Below the pieces are notes generated by a model. That model was not told the DNA's origin, searched no databases, and saw only the letters and a list, made by a program, of their open reading frames with translations. Positions 1-9,113 of a stretch of 57,210 bases of DNA are shown piece by piece. The DNA lies in assembly GCA_002309585.1 (NCBI GenBank), contig DBXN01000140.1, positions 23,780 through 80,989 of the forward strand, given 5' to 3'. The translations under genes and the position numbers were made by a program. This DNA is from Verrucomicrobia bacterium UBA1211 (GTDB lineage: Bacteria; Verrucomicrobiota; Kiritimatiellia; RFP12; UBA1067). The number at the start of each line of letters is the position of its first letter. The first letter of the stretch is position 1.

Positions 1-64
1 GTCTGCAGCGGATGGTCGGCTGCCGTCAAAGACGGGTATGCCGCAGGTCTTCGATTCCCGGCCT

Positions 65-106
65 CTTGACCTTTGGATTTGACCTTCGACCTTTCACCTT
101 TTTAGG
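65..106 (+). repeat. In-phase heptamer array CTTGACC TTTGGAT TTGACCT TCGACCT TTCACCT TTTTAGG upstream of tatA
   Basis: Read directly from the sequence. Six consecutive 7-nt units. Confidence 0.7.
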
Positions 107-116
107 TGTGTCTTGT

Positions 117-632
117 ATGGCGAGTGTTCCTTTTTTTGCGATGATCTTCGAATCTGTCGGAGCGGGTGAATGGGTTGTCCTGTTCGCCGTGGTCCTGATT
201 GTGGTCGGCCCGAAACGTCTGCCGGAGGTGGCGCGTAAACTGGGCCGCATGACGGAGATGTTCCGCCGAGCGGCGGACGAGTTCCGTCGGCAGCTGCTGA
301 CCATGGATCAGGAACCGGTGACGCCGCCGCCGGATCCGTCGGCGACGGATGTGGACGGCGTGCCGCAGGGAACCGATGGGGACACCTCCTCGGTCGATGA
401 TCCCTATCATCTGCCGGACACGGCCGATTATCCCGGAAATGAGGATCAGGTGGAGGCGTGGTCCTCCACCCAGCTATCCGATATCCCGCCCGATCCCGCC
501 CCGCAGAGTGATGCGGCGGCGGAACCGGTTGTGGATCGCGCGGTGGCCGATGCCGCCGTGGCGGAATCTTTCCGTCCGCAGGAGGAGCCGGCCCCCGCCG
601 CCGAACCGCAGAAAGAGGGGGCCTCCGCATGA
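117..632 (+). CDS. tatA: Twin-arginine translocase subunit, TatA/TatB family, with a ~100 aa acidic/Pro-rich tail
   Basis: N-terminal TM helix plus amphipathic helix: GAGEWVVLFAVVLIVVGPKRLPEVARKLGRMTEMFRRAADEFRR. The stop overlaps the tatC start (ATGA at 629-632). I trimmed the ORF-track start at 12 to the ATG at 117; the ATG at 141 is also possible. Confidence 0.75.
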   Translation: MASVPFFAMIFESVGAGEWVVLFAVVLIVVGPKRLPEVARKLGRMTEMFRRAADEFRRQLLTMDQEPVTPPPDPSATDVDGVPQGTDGDTSSVDDPYHLPDTADYPGNEDQVEAWSSTQLSDIPPDPAPQSDAAAEPVVDRAVADAAVAESFRPQEEPAPAAEPQKEGASA

Positions 633-1456
633 AGATCGGCCGTTTCACATTGGGCAAGCCCGCCGGAGAGACGAAGCCCGAGGATGAGTATAACGACCCG
701 CCGCGTCCCTTCATGGAGCACCTGATCGATCTGCGGGATTGCCTGATCCACTGCGCGGTGACATGGGTGGCCTCGGTCATTTTGGTGATCCCGCTGGCGC
801 CCCACATCCTCAAGTGGATGCAGGCGCCGGTCACGAAGCTTTTCAAATTGGAGAAATACAGCGATCTCGCGGGACGGATCCCGGCGCCCCTCCAAACGAT
901 GGAGGCGACCGGCGGTTTCGAGGTCCTCTTCAAGATCATGCTTTGGGGTGGAACGACCCTCTCTCTCCCGTTGCTCTTCTTTTTCATCTCCCGTTTTGTT
1001 TTTCCGGGTCTGAAACGGAGCGAGCGGACCATTATCCTCTTCTGCCTTTTCACCTCGACCTTCCTCTTTTTGGGCGGTGTCTGGATGGCCTATTCGGCGA
1101 CCCTTTCGATCGCGTTGGATGTGCTGCTCAAGGTGAACCGTTGGATGAATATGGATCTTGCCTTCTTCAACACCATGCCCTATATCACATTGGTGATGAA
1201 GACGCTGGTCGCTTTCGGTTTGGCTTTTCAGATGCCGTTGTTGCTTTTGGCGCTCGGCTGGTTTGGGATCATCACCTCCAAGATGCTCGCGGAGAAGTGG
1301 CGGCTGGCCATTGTCATCGTCTTTGTCCTCGCGATGGTGCTGACCCCTCCCGATCCCGTCTCGCAGATTGTGATGGCCATCCCGATGCTCGGTCTCTATT
1401 GGCTCTGTATCTGGCTGATCCGTCTGCGGGAACTTGCCAAGAGGAAGAGAGATTAA
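629..1456 (+). CDS. tatC: Twin-arginine translocase subunit TatC
   Basis: Six-TM protein with a TatC-like N-terminus (PFMEHLIDLRDCLI). It lies immediately after, and is translationally coupled to, the tatA-like gene. Confidence 0.85.
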   Translation: MKIGRFTLGKPAGETKPEDEYNDPPRPFMEHLIDLRDCLIHCAVTWVASVILVIPLAPHILKWMQAPVTKLFKLEKYSDLAGRIPAPLQTMEATGGFEVLFKIMLWGGTTLSLPLLFFFISRFVFPGLKRSERTIILFCLFTSTFLFLGGVWMAYSATLSIALDVLLKVNRWMNMDLAFFNTMPYITLVMKTLVAFGLAFQMPLLLLALGWFGIITSKMLAEKWRLAIVIVFVLAMVLTPPDPVSQIVMAIPMLGLYWLCIWLIRLRELAKRKRD

Positions 1457-1525
1457 CAGGTTAAACGGTGTAGGGGCCTGGTGCGCGTGGGGCGGTGTGT
1501 GGCGTTGGACAAAAGGGAGAATCGG

Positions 1526-2113
1526 ATGGCGAGAAAAGCGGAACAACGGCGGACGACCCGTGAGACCGATGTCCGGGTCGTGTTGAATCTGGACGGAACA
1601 GGAGTGGCGGAGATCGCCACCGGGATCGGTTTCTTCGATCACATGCTTGAACTTTTCGCGCGTCACGCACTGGTCGATCTGACGGTACAGGCGAAGGGCG
1701 ATCTGAATGTCGATTACCATCACACGGTCGAGGATATCGGCCTGGTTTTGGGCGCCTGTATTCGGGAGGCGTTGGGGGATCGGCGCGGCATCCGCCGTTA
1801 CGGTTTCTTCCTGCTGCCGATGGATGAGGCGTTGTGCGAGGCGGCGCTCGATCTGGGTGGCCGGCCTTTCCTGGTTTTCGCCTCCGCGATGAAACATGCT
1901 TTTGTGCGCGATTTCGAGGTGAAACTGCTGGAGGAGTTCTTCCGCGCGCTGGCGGTTGAGGCGAAGATGAACATCCATCTCCGCCAAGTCTATGGTGACG
2001 AGGCGCACCATGTCTGCGAAGGGATTTTCAAAGGCTTTGCCCGCGCGTTCAGGATGGCGGTCGAGCCGGATCCCCGCGAGACCGGCATCCCGTCCAGCAA
2101 GGGTGTGCTGTAA
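1526..2113 (+). CDS. hisB: Imidazoleglycerol-phosphate dehydratase
   Basis: [16 protein letters not shown]...[15 protein letters not shown]...[14 protein letters not shown] are diagnostic IGPD motifs. Start set at MARKAEQ (ATG 1526). Confidence 0.9.
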   Translation: MARKAEQRRTTRETDVRVVLNLDGTGVAEIATGIGFFDHMLELFARHALVDLTVQAKGDLNVDYHHTVEDIGLVLGACIREALGDRRGIRRYGFFLLPMDEALCEAALDLGGRPFLVFASAMKHAFVRDFEVKLLEEFFRALAVEAKMNIHLRQVYGDEAHHVCEGIFKGFARAFRMAVEPDPRETGIPSSKGVL

Positions 2114-2169
2114 GAAAGATTAGAAGGCTAAAGGATTAAAAGGTTAAAGAGGGAAACGGGGAAGAGGGG
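2114..2169 (+). repeat. Heptamer array: TAAAGG-type units followed by GGGGA-type units
   Basis: GAAAGAT TAGAAGG CTAAAGG ATTAAAA GGTTAAA GAGGGAA ACGGGGA AGAGGGG, in one phase, between hisB and the methyltransferase gene. Confidence 0.75.
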
Positions 2170-2171
2170 CT

Positions 2172-3389
2172 GTGAAAAACATCCGCATTACCGATTGCCG
2201 ATTTAGACACGGAACCGATTCCTTTTGGGGCGGCGAGATCGTGGTGCATTCCCATTCCGGGTTGCACGCCACGGAACGGCTGCTGATCGAGCGGCTGAAG
2301 ATGCTGAAAGCGCCGCCGGCCCGTTTGCTGATCGCTGGCAACCGAACGGGCGTGACCGCACTTGTCGCCGCCCATCTTTTCCCCGAATGTGAGATCGTCT
2401 GCCATGCGTTCGATCTCCATCATGCTCGGGCAATCGAGCGGAATCTGTTGACGAATGGCTTGCGCGCGAAACTGGTTTGCGATCCGGGTGTGAAGCTCTT
2501 TTCCATGACCGATCCGCCCATTCCGAAAAAACCGGTTTTCCGGACGGTCCAGGTGGCCTGTACGGCCGATATCCCCGAAGGGCCGTACGATGCGGCGGTT
2601 CTGATGTTTACACACGGGATGATGACCACCGAACTGCTGTTTGATCAGCTGGAGGATATCCATCGCCAGCTGCGGCTGGGGGGCGAGTTTGTCATTGCGG
2701 CGGAAGGAGATACGGCGATCCTGTATAAACAGTATCGGGGTATTTTCGGCTCGTTCACAACGGTTTTTGACCGGAAGAAGGTCCATTGCGCGGTCATGCG
2801 GAAGCGGGGGGAGTTGGAGAAGCCTCGCACCTTCAGCGCGACCTTCGAGGCGTCGCTTCCCGGTTGCCCGCCGATCACGCTCTGTTCGTTGCCGGGCGTC
2901 TTCTGCCATCGCCGCCCCGACATGGGCGGACTTGCGTTGGCGGAGATCGCGCGGGGCGAGATTCGGGCGAATCAGAAGGTCCTCGATATGGGATGTGGAT
3001 GCGGGATGGTCGGTTGCCTGCTGGCGGCGTGCGTGCCGTCGCTCCGGGTCACGTTTCTGGATTCCCATGCGCGCGCGATGGCCGCTACCGCGCGCAACAT
3101 CCAGACGCTTGGCCTTCAGAACACCGCATTGGTTCTGGCGGATGAGGGATACGCCGAACATGGCTTTGACCTGTTTGTCGGAAACCCGCCGTACTATTCC
3201 GATTTCAAGATCGCCGATGTTTTCCTTGAGACGGCCTTCGAGACGCTGCACCGCGGAGCGGTTTGCCTGACGGTCGCCAAAACCGCCAACGCCTTGAGCG
3301 AGCACCAGATGGAGTGCTTCGGCAACGTGACGCCGACCTCCCGGCGCGGTTACCAGGTGTTGAAAAGCGTGAGGGGCGCACGGCCGTAG
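2172..3389 (+). CDS. Two-domain class I SAM-dependent methyltransferase, RsmC/RlmG-like (rRNA guanine-N2)
   Basis: C-terminal half has VLDMGCGCGMVG (SAM motif I) and FVGNPPYY (NPPY N-methyltransferase motif IV). A degenerate N-terminal MTase-like half resembles RsmC/RlmG. GTG start. Confidence 0.6.
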   Translation: MKNIRITDCRFRHGTDSFWGGEIVVHSHSGLHATERLLIERLKMLKAPPARLLIAGNRTGVTALVAAHLFPECEIVCHAFDLHHARAIERNLLTNGLRAKLVCDPGVKLFSMTDPPIPKKPVFRTVQVACTADIPEGPYDAAVLMFTHGMMTTELLFDQLEDIHRQLRLGGEFVIAAEGDTAILYKQYRGIFGSFTTVFDRKKVHCAVMRKRGELEKPRTFSATFEASLPGCPPITLCSLPGVFCHRRPDMGGLALAEIARGEIRANQKVLDMGCGCGMVGCLLAACVPSLRVTFLDSHARAMAATARNIQTLGLQNTALVLADEGYAEHGFDLFVGNPPYYSDFKIADVFLETAFETLHRGAVCLTVAKTANALSEHQMECFGNVTPTSRRGYQVLKSVRGARP

Positions 3390-3401
3390 ACGAGTCGGCG
3401 G

Positions 3402-4565
3402 CTACCCTTTGATCTTGCGGATGCGGCGCTCGGAGCGGGGCAGACGGATTTTGAAACAGGTTCCGGTTCCCGGTTTGCTGGCAATCTCAATTTCGCCGCC
3501 GTGGTCCTCGATGATGCGCTGGACGATCATCAACCCCAATCCCGTGCCGCTCGCCTTGGTGGTGTGGTAGGCTTCGAAGATCCGTCCCATCTCTTTCGGG
3601 TCGATACCGGTACCCGAGTCGATAATCGAGATGTCCACAAAGATGTCGCCCACGCCGAAGACCACCTTCAGCGCACCGCCGTCGGGCATCGCCTCCAGCG
3701 CGTTCTTGAAGAGGTTGAAGAAGACCTGTTTGATTTGCGACCGGTCCAGAAGGACTTCGGGAATCTGTGCGGGCATATCGACCGAGACGGTGATCCGGCG
3801 GTTTTCAAATTCGGTTTTCAGCAGACGGAGTGTCTCTTGGAGAACCTTTTCGGGCTTTTCAGGCTCAAGGATCGGTTTGCCCGGACGGATCGCCCGGAGA
3901 AACTGCGAGATGATCGTATCGAGCCGCGAGACTTCGGTCTGGGCGACATCAACTAATTCCGAAAGGGAATTGCGGATGTCATCCGGAAGATCGCGCAGTT
4001 CCCGCGAAAGAAGCTGGAGATGGATGGTGAGGGCGTTGAGCGGATTGCCGATCTCATGCGCCACGCTGGCGGCCAGCAGCTTGATCGCGTTCAGCCGTTC
4101 GCTCTCCAGGGTCGATGCCTCTTGCTTGCGGTCGCGGGTGATGTCGCGCAGGATCACCAGAACGCCCCGTTCGGGCAGGCTTGACTCATCCATCGGGACG
4201 GCGTAAACACTCACGAAACGGTGTTCGGGATAGAAGACTTCGACTTCACGGGTGACCATCCGTGCCCATCCGGTTTCCACGTCGGGCATATCCAGCAGAT
4301 GTTCCCAATCCCACTCGCGGAGAAGACGGACAATGGAACGTCCCCGGCCCCTTTCGGGATCCAGGCCGGTCATCTGCTCGGTCGCCTTGTTGGCGTAGAG
4401 GAGTTTGCCATCATTGTCGATCACCATGACGCCTTCCTGAATCGTCTGGAAGATCGTTTCGAGAAAACCCCGTTCCTGCGCCAGACGCACCATCTGGGCC
4501 TGAAGACTTTCCGAATCGAGTTTGTCGATCCGGGCGACGAGACGGTCAAAAAATCCTGATGCCAT
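3402..4565 (-). CDS. Cytoplasmic PAS-domain sensor histidine kinase with no adjacent response regulator
   Basis: PAS-like N-terminus (IQEGVMVIDNDGKLLYANKATEQMTG), H-box SVAHEIGNPLNAL, N-box FKNALEAM, G-boxes DSGTGI and GTGLGL. No TM segments. Confidence 0.8.
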   Translation of the reverse strand: MASGFFDRLVARIDKLDSESLQAQMVRLAQERGFLETIFQTIQEGVMVIDNDGKLLYANKATEQMTGLDPERGRGRSIVRLLREWDWEHLLDMPDVETGWARMVTREVEVFYPEHRFVSVYAVPMDESSLPERGVLVILRDITRDRKQEASTLESERLNAIKLLAASVAHEIGNPLNALTIHLQLLSRELRDLPDDIRNSLSELVDVAQTEVSRLDTIISQFLRAIRPGKPILEPEKPEKVLQETLRLLKTEFENRRITVSVDMPAQIPEVLLDRSQIKQVFFNLFKNALEAMPDGGALKVVFGVGDIFVDISIIDSGTGIDPKEMGRIFEAYHTTKASGTGLGLMIVQRIIEDHGGEIEIASKPGTGTCFKIRLPRSERRIRKIKG

Positions 4566-4626
4566 AGGTTCTCCCGTTAGTCGAACGAATCACCGCACCG
4601 CCACTCCACTTGACCATCAGACTTCA

Positions 4627-7626
4627 TTACCGGGAAAGCTCCATTTTGATCTGGTCGAGGAATCCCGGATCCGACTCGATGTTTTTTCCGGAGGTTGCGC
4701 TGTCCAGCAGAAACTGCTGGATGAATGTGGCGGTGTCGACCGAGACGTTTCCGCTTTTCACGGTGATGGGAATCATGAGCGACTGGGAGCGGTAAATGTC
4801 GTCTTTGATGAAAAGCTTCGGAATCATCTTCCTCAAATTCGGTCCCATTTCCAATTCGACATCCTTCATGTACAGATTGAGTTTCGCGTTCAGCTGCCGT
4901 TCGGGCGGCTGATGCAGATCCGCTTCCAGCTGATGGACATCAAGGGAGATATTGCCCCGCTTGATCTTGCAGCCGGCGAAAAGCGGGGTCACATTTGCCA
5001 GAACCTGATCGAGCATCGGCTGGGTCAGGTTCACGCGGTCCAGCACGCGTGTCCGCTCCGGAAGCTTGAAGAGCGTGGTGTCGGCGGTTCGGCTGAGGGT
5101 CGGCGCAAGATTCAATTTGCCGTTGTTGAGTTGCGGCGTGTAGGAGAGGGCGAGGTTTCCCTTCTCCAATGTGCAGGCGATCTCCGATGCGCCCGCGTAG
5201 AGGCCGAACCCTTCCGCCGATTGAAGATGGACACTTCCTTTTCCCTTTCCGTTCAACAGAAAGGTGTCCAGCCCGCATCCGAGCGGCGCCTGGAGCTGAA
5301 TCTTCCGTTTGGTCCGGCCGGAGAGGAAGAAGCCGTTGATCGCCTGGGTATTCAACAGCCGGGTGATGGCGGTGAAGTCTGGGGCCCAGGTTCCGGCGAT
5401 GTTCACCAGACAGGTGTTGAACGGATCGGCGATCTGTCCCGAAAGTTCACATTCGCCCAAGACGCCCCGATAGGCGAATGTTTTCAACGGGAAGGCCTTG
5501 CCGTCTGGAGGGATGTCTATTGTCAGCCGTGCCCACCCCTTTTTCTCGGTGAAGACCTTGACCTCGCTTCGCGAGAAACTGCCGATGCCCGAGAAGATCG
5601 TATCGGTCCGAAGAAGATCGTTCCCCGCCGTGCCTTGGGATAGCCGGCTTTCAAACCGGAGATCGGGGATGGACCAGACGCCATTGACGGTCGGAATGGT
5701 GACGGTCTGGAGCAGTCCGTTGAACAATGCCTTGGCTTGGCCGCCGGAGATCTCGGCGGTGCCGTTCAACAGCAGGTCACCTTGCGCGGTCAGTAACCGT
5801 TTCCGGGTTTCGGGTGCGAGCGCGCCGCCCAGAAGATTCGCCCATTCCGCGACGGGGACCTTGGTGTTGATCTTGAAACCCCGGAGCAGGGTCAGGACGG
5901 ATGCGTCGTCCCACGCCAACCGTTGCCAGCCGCCGCTGAGAATCCCGGAGGGAACTTTCAATTCAAACGCCCCTTCGTTGAATTCGCGTTTCAGGGCACC
6001 GTTCGCTTGGAACGGCGTGGAGCCTTTCAATGTGAGCGATCCTTGCGGGATCGACAGTTGCCGGTCAGGCGCGGGGGTGACGGTGAAGGCCTTCGCTTTC
6101 ATCAAAACGGCGAGGTTCATCCGTTCGCCCTGCCGTTGTGTCCCGGCATGGAGGAAGAGACTCCCCGACAAAGCGGGTGAGTTGGGGAAGAGGGTGTGGT
6201 AATCCGTGTGAAACCGTCCAAGGTCCATATTGCCCGTGACGGTCAGGGCGTCAAGGGGACCTTTCCCGGAAAGTTCTGCGAAGGCACTTTTGAACGAAAA
6301 GGCAGAGACTTCGGGAAGATGGCTTTTGTCATGCGGGATAGACGCCCTGAAGGTCATGACCGGTTGCTGACGAGGTACGACACGCCCCGCGGGTGAACTC
6401 CAGGCGAGCGCGTCGGCGACCGCCTTGACGTTAACGGAACAGGTCTCGTCATCCGACACGAGATCCCCCTGGAGATCGATTGCCCCCGACTCAACGTTGA
6501 GTGTGGCGGGGATGTCCCATACCGCGCCGAAATCTTTGATGAGTTCCGGCAGCTTGAGTGTGGCGCGCCCGCCCAGTTTCCCGGTACGGTTGAACCCGGT
6601 GTCGTTTTTCGTCAAGGCGCCCTCCAGCCGGACCGCGAGCCAGGGCGATTCAAGGGTCAGGGGTGAGAAACGGATCGCTTGGGCATCGATTGAGAAATCG
6701 GCGTTGAGATCGACCGTGGCGGGAGGAGAGGGTTGGTGATCTCCCGTCTGAACCGAGAAACGGGTCAGCGTTAGGGTACTCTTCCCCGAACAGTCGTTCG
6801 TGCCGCTCATACGCAGGTTGAAGTCGCCGTGGGCGAGGCCTTCCATCCGCATTGGCACACCCGCGAAGGGTTCAACAAAGGGACGGAGGGCCGAGGCGTC
6901 AACCTGTTTGAGCGAGAATGCGAGCGTCTGTTCCGTTTCCGAGTCGGGGTTCTCTTCAGCGAAGTCCTTCAGACTTTTCAGATCGCCCTCGGCGGAGAGT
7001 TGGCCGCCGCCCGCCTGCGCCGTTCCCCGGAAATGGAAGGGCTTCCAGAACGAGGGCATATCGATGGAGGCGTTCAGGTGGGTGAAGGGGATGGCTTGCT
7101 GGCCATCCGTCGCGCGGGACCAGATGAGGGTGCCGTCCTCAATCGTTCCGCGTCCGGCGAGGTCCGCGACCGGAAGGATAAGCCCATCGCCGGATTCCGC
7201 CGCAAGGGCATCCGGGTCGGGAAAGGCGATGACACATTCGGGACGGGTCAACTGGAGATGGCCGAGGTTGAGGCGGCCGATCGGAAAGACCTGGAAGAAG
7301 AAACGGTCGGAGGTCAGCTTCGGGCAGGTGATCCGGATGCCGTCTCGGGGAAGGGCCAGGGCCGCATCCTTTATCTCCAACGGCGTGAACCATCCGACCT
7401 CCAGCGAGGAACAGGTGAACGTCGAAGGGGCGATCCGCTTGTTGACATAGGCGAGAATCTTCTGCCGTCCACTCGCGGAGGTGAACGCTTTCGGTAACAG
7501 GGCAAAGGCAATCGCCAAGGGAATAAGCAGGGCCAGCAAGATTTTGACGGTTGTGCCGAAACACCCCGTCCGTTTCCGCAGATCCTGTTCCTCGTCATCG
7601 TCTGGGGCAATACGGTCAAAGTCCAT
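4627..7626 (-). CDS. Large envelope protein with N-terminal membrane anchor, AsmA/TamB-like (tentative)
   Basis: This is the 3' two-thirds of the 1501 aa ORF-track entry 4627..9132. The part above 7626 is antisense to argG. MDFDRIAP...TTVKILLALLIPLAIAFALL gives one TM anchor followed by ~950 aa of beta-rich, low-complexity-free sequence. Alternative start at 7692. Confidence 0.45.
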   Translation of the reverse strand: MDFDRIAPDDDEEQDLRKRTGCFGTTVKILLALLIPLAIAFALLPKAFTSASGRQKILAYVNKRIAPSTFTCSSLEVGWFTPLEIKDAALALPRDGIRITCPKLTSDRFFFQVFPIGRLNLGHLQLTRPECVIAFPDPDALAAESGDGLILPVADLAGRGTIEDGTLIWSRATDGQQAIPFTHLNASIDMPSFWKPFHFRGTAQAGGGQLSAEGDLKSLKDFAEENPDSETEQTLAFSLKQVDASALRPFVEPFAGVPMRMEGLAHGDFNLRMSGTNDCSGKSTLTLTRFSVQTGDHQPSPPATVDLNADFSIDAQAIRFSPLTLESPWLAVRLEGALTKNDTGFNRTGKLGGRATLKLPELIKDFGAVWDIPATLNVESGAIDLQGDLVSDDETCSVNVKAVADALAWSSPAGRVVPRQQPVMTFRASIPHDKSHLPEVSAFSFKSAFAELSGKGPLDALTVTGNMDLGRFHTDYHTLFPNSPALSGSLFLHAGTQRQGERMNLAVLMKAKAFTVTPAPDRQLSIPQGSLTLKGSTPFQANGALKREFNEGAFELKVPSGILSGGWQRLAWDDASVLTLLRGFKINTKVPVAEWANLLGGALAPETRKRLLTAQGDLLLNGTAEISGGQAKALFNGLLQTVTIPTVNGVWSIPDLRFESRLSQGTAGNDLLRTDTIFSGIGSFSRSEVKVFTEKKGWARLTIDIPPDGKAFPLKTFAYRGVLGECELSGQIADPFNTCLVNIAGTWAPDFTAITRLLNTQAINGFFLSGRTKRKIQLQAPLGCGLDTFLLNGKGKGSVHLQSAEGFGLYAGASEIACTLEKGNLALSYTPQLNNGKLNLAPTLSRTADTTLFKLPERTRVLDRVNLTQPMLDQVLANVTPLFAGCKIKRGNISLDVHQLEADLHQPPERQLNAKLNLYMKDVELEMGPNLRKMIPKLFIKDDIYRSQSLMIPITVKSGNVSVDTATFIQQFLLDSATSGKNIESDPGFLDQIKMELSR

Positions 7627-7788
7627 GTCCCATATTATCGCATAATCGCACGGCGTGAACCAAGTAAAAGTTTTCCGTTCCGGGCATATCATCAACCGCC
7701 GAACCGTTCCTTCCAACTTTCCATTGATTTTCTCCCCTAAAAAGCGTACCTTATCGTGGATTTTCCATTCAATCAAGGAGAGAAGAAT

Positions 7789-9030
7789 ATGGCATTGACA
7801 TTGGCTGATTTGAAGGGCAAAACCGCAGGCGTGTGCGTTTCGGGCGGATTGGATAGCCGGACGATCTCGAAAGTCCTGGTTGAGGCGGGCGTGAACGTGA
7901 TCGCCTTTTCCGCGGATGTGGGCCAGCCGGATGAGAAGGATATCAACGACATCCGGAAGCGGATGGCGCCGTGCGGCGTGGATACCGTGATCGTCGATCT
8001 GAAGGAAGAGATGGCGAAGGCCTGTTTTGAGGCGATCGAAGCCCAGGCGATGTATGATGGTGGGTATTGGAACTCGACCGGCATCGCGCGTGCCGTGACG
8101 GTCCGTGGGTTGATCCCGGAGATGAAGAAGCGGAAGTGCACGGTCCTCATCCACGGCGCGACCGGCCGCGGCAATGACCAGATGCGTTTCGAGCGTTACA
8201 CCAATGTCCTCGCGCCCTCCATGCGGGTTTACTCCCCCTGGCGTGACGCCGAGCTCCTGAAGCGTTTTCCCGGCCGGACCCAGATGGTCGAATTCCTCGC
8301 CAAGTACGGAATCAAGGCGTTTGTCGGCACGAAGAAAAAGTATTCGACCGACAGTAACCTCGCCGGTCTCTCGCACGAGGCGGAGGATCTGGAGAGCATG
8401 GAGACCTCGATGCTGATCGTCAAGCCGACGATGGGTGTCTGGCCGCAGGAGGCTCCGGATAAGGTTGAGAAATTCACGGTCCGGTTTGAGAAGGCCCGTG
8501 CCGTTCAGATCAACGGCAAGGATGTGACCCCGCTGGAGGCGATGTTGCTGGCGAACAAGATTGGCGGCCGGAACGGTATCGGCATGAAGCACGCCCTTGA
8601 GAACCGGATCATCGGGACCAAGAGCCGCGGCGTGTATGAGGCGCCGGGCATGGAAGTGTTGGCGACCGCTCTCCGTTACCTCTATCAGGCGACGATGGAC
8701 CGCCGCGCGACCCTGCTCTTCATGCAGCTCTCGAAGCTGGTGGCCGACCAGATCTATGACGGCCGTTATTACGATCCCGCCACGCAGGCTGCGCGCGCCG
8801 CGATCGGTGTCTTCGCGAAGCACGCCACCGGTACGGTCGAGGTTGGCCTTTACAAAGGCAACATCTTCTTCAACGCGCTCTCCGGATGCAAGGCCACCAT
8901 CTACAATGAGGCCGACTCCTCGATGGAGGCCAGCAACGGACTGAATCCCGTCAGCTCGCAGGGCTTCGCGGAGATTCAGAGTGTTGAGGCGCTGATGTTG
9001 GCGAAGGCCGGTCAGATCGTTTCGAAATAG
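7789..9030 (+). CDS. argG: Argininosuccinate synthase
   Basis: GVCVSGGLDSRT (ATP PPi-loop) and HGATGRGNDQMRFE are classic ArgG motifs. AGGAG precedes the ATG at 7789. Confidence 0.9.
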   Translation: MALTLADLKGKTAGVCVSGGLDSRTISKVLVEAGVNVIAFSADVGQPDEKDINDIRKRMAPCGVDTVIVDLKEEMAKACFEAIEAQAMYDGGYWNSTGIARAVTVRGLIPEMKKRKCTVLIHGATGRGNDQMRFERYTNVLAPSMRVYSPWRDAELLKRFPGRTQMVEFLAKYGIKAFVGTKKKYSTDSNLAGLSHEAEDLESMETSMLIVKPTMGVWPQEAPDKVEKFTVRFEKARAVQINGKDVTPLEAMLLANKIGGRNGIGMKHALENRIIGTKSRGVYEAPGMEVLATALRYLYQATMDRRATLLFMQLSKLVADQIYDGRYYDPATQAARAAIGVFAKHATGTVEVGLYKGNIFFNALSGCKATIYNEADSSMEASNGLNPVSSQGFAEIQSVEALMLAKAGQIVSK

Positions 9031-9113
9031 GCAACGGGAAACTGGGATGCGGAGGCGAAATGGATTCGGAAAGTCCGATTGCCTTCGCTCCTGATCAACG
9101 AACGGAGTGCCAC

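Noticed and set aside
446-2011. A 521 aa minus-strand ORF, and similar long antisense ORFs at 9012..10049, 15528..17024, 17021..18304, 21387..22589, 24400..25440, 29040..30704, 32807..33829, 42543..43718, 43830..44954, 44942..46090, 46508..47899, 50616..51794, 53385..54272 and 55462..56331
   Set aside because: Each fully overlaps a plus-strand gene that has strong family motifs (tatC/hisB, nadB, GH2, KS, ispG and others). All have R/P/H/G/Q-dominated low-information translations. They are shadow ORFs produced by high GC content.
7757-7775. A possible ARG box (TGGATTTTCCATTCAAT) upstream of argG, with a second TTTCCATTGAT at 7718-7728
   Set aside because: The half-sites TGGAT and ATTCA are separated by 5 nt rather than the 4 nt of the classical TGAAT-N4-ATTCA box, and one half-site is mismatched. 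The site also lies within 30 nt of the start codon. It shares TTTTCCAT with the 15.03 kb palindrome, but the evidence is too weak to call.
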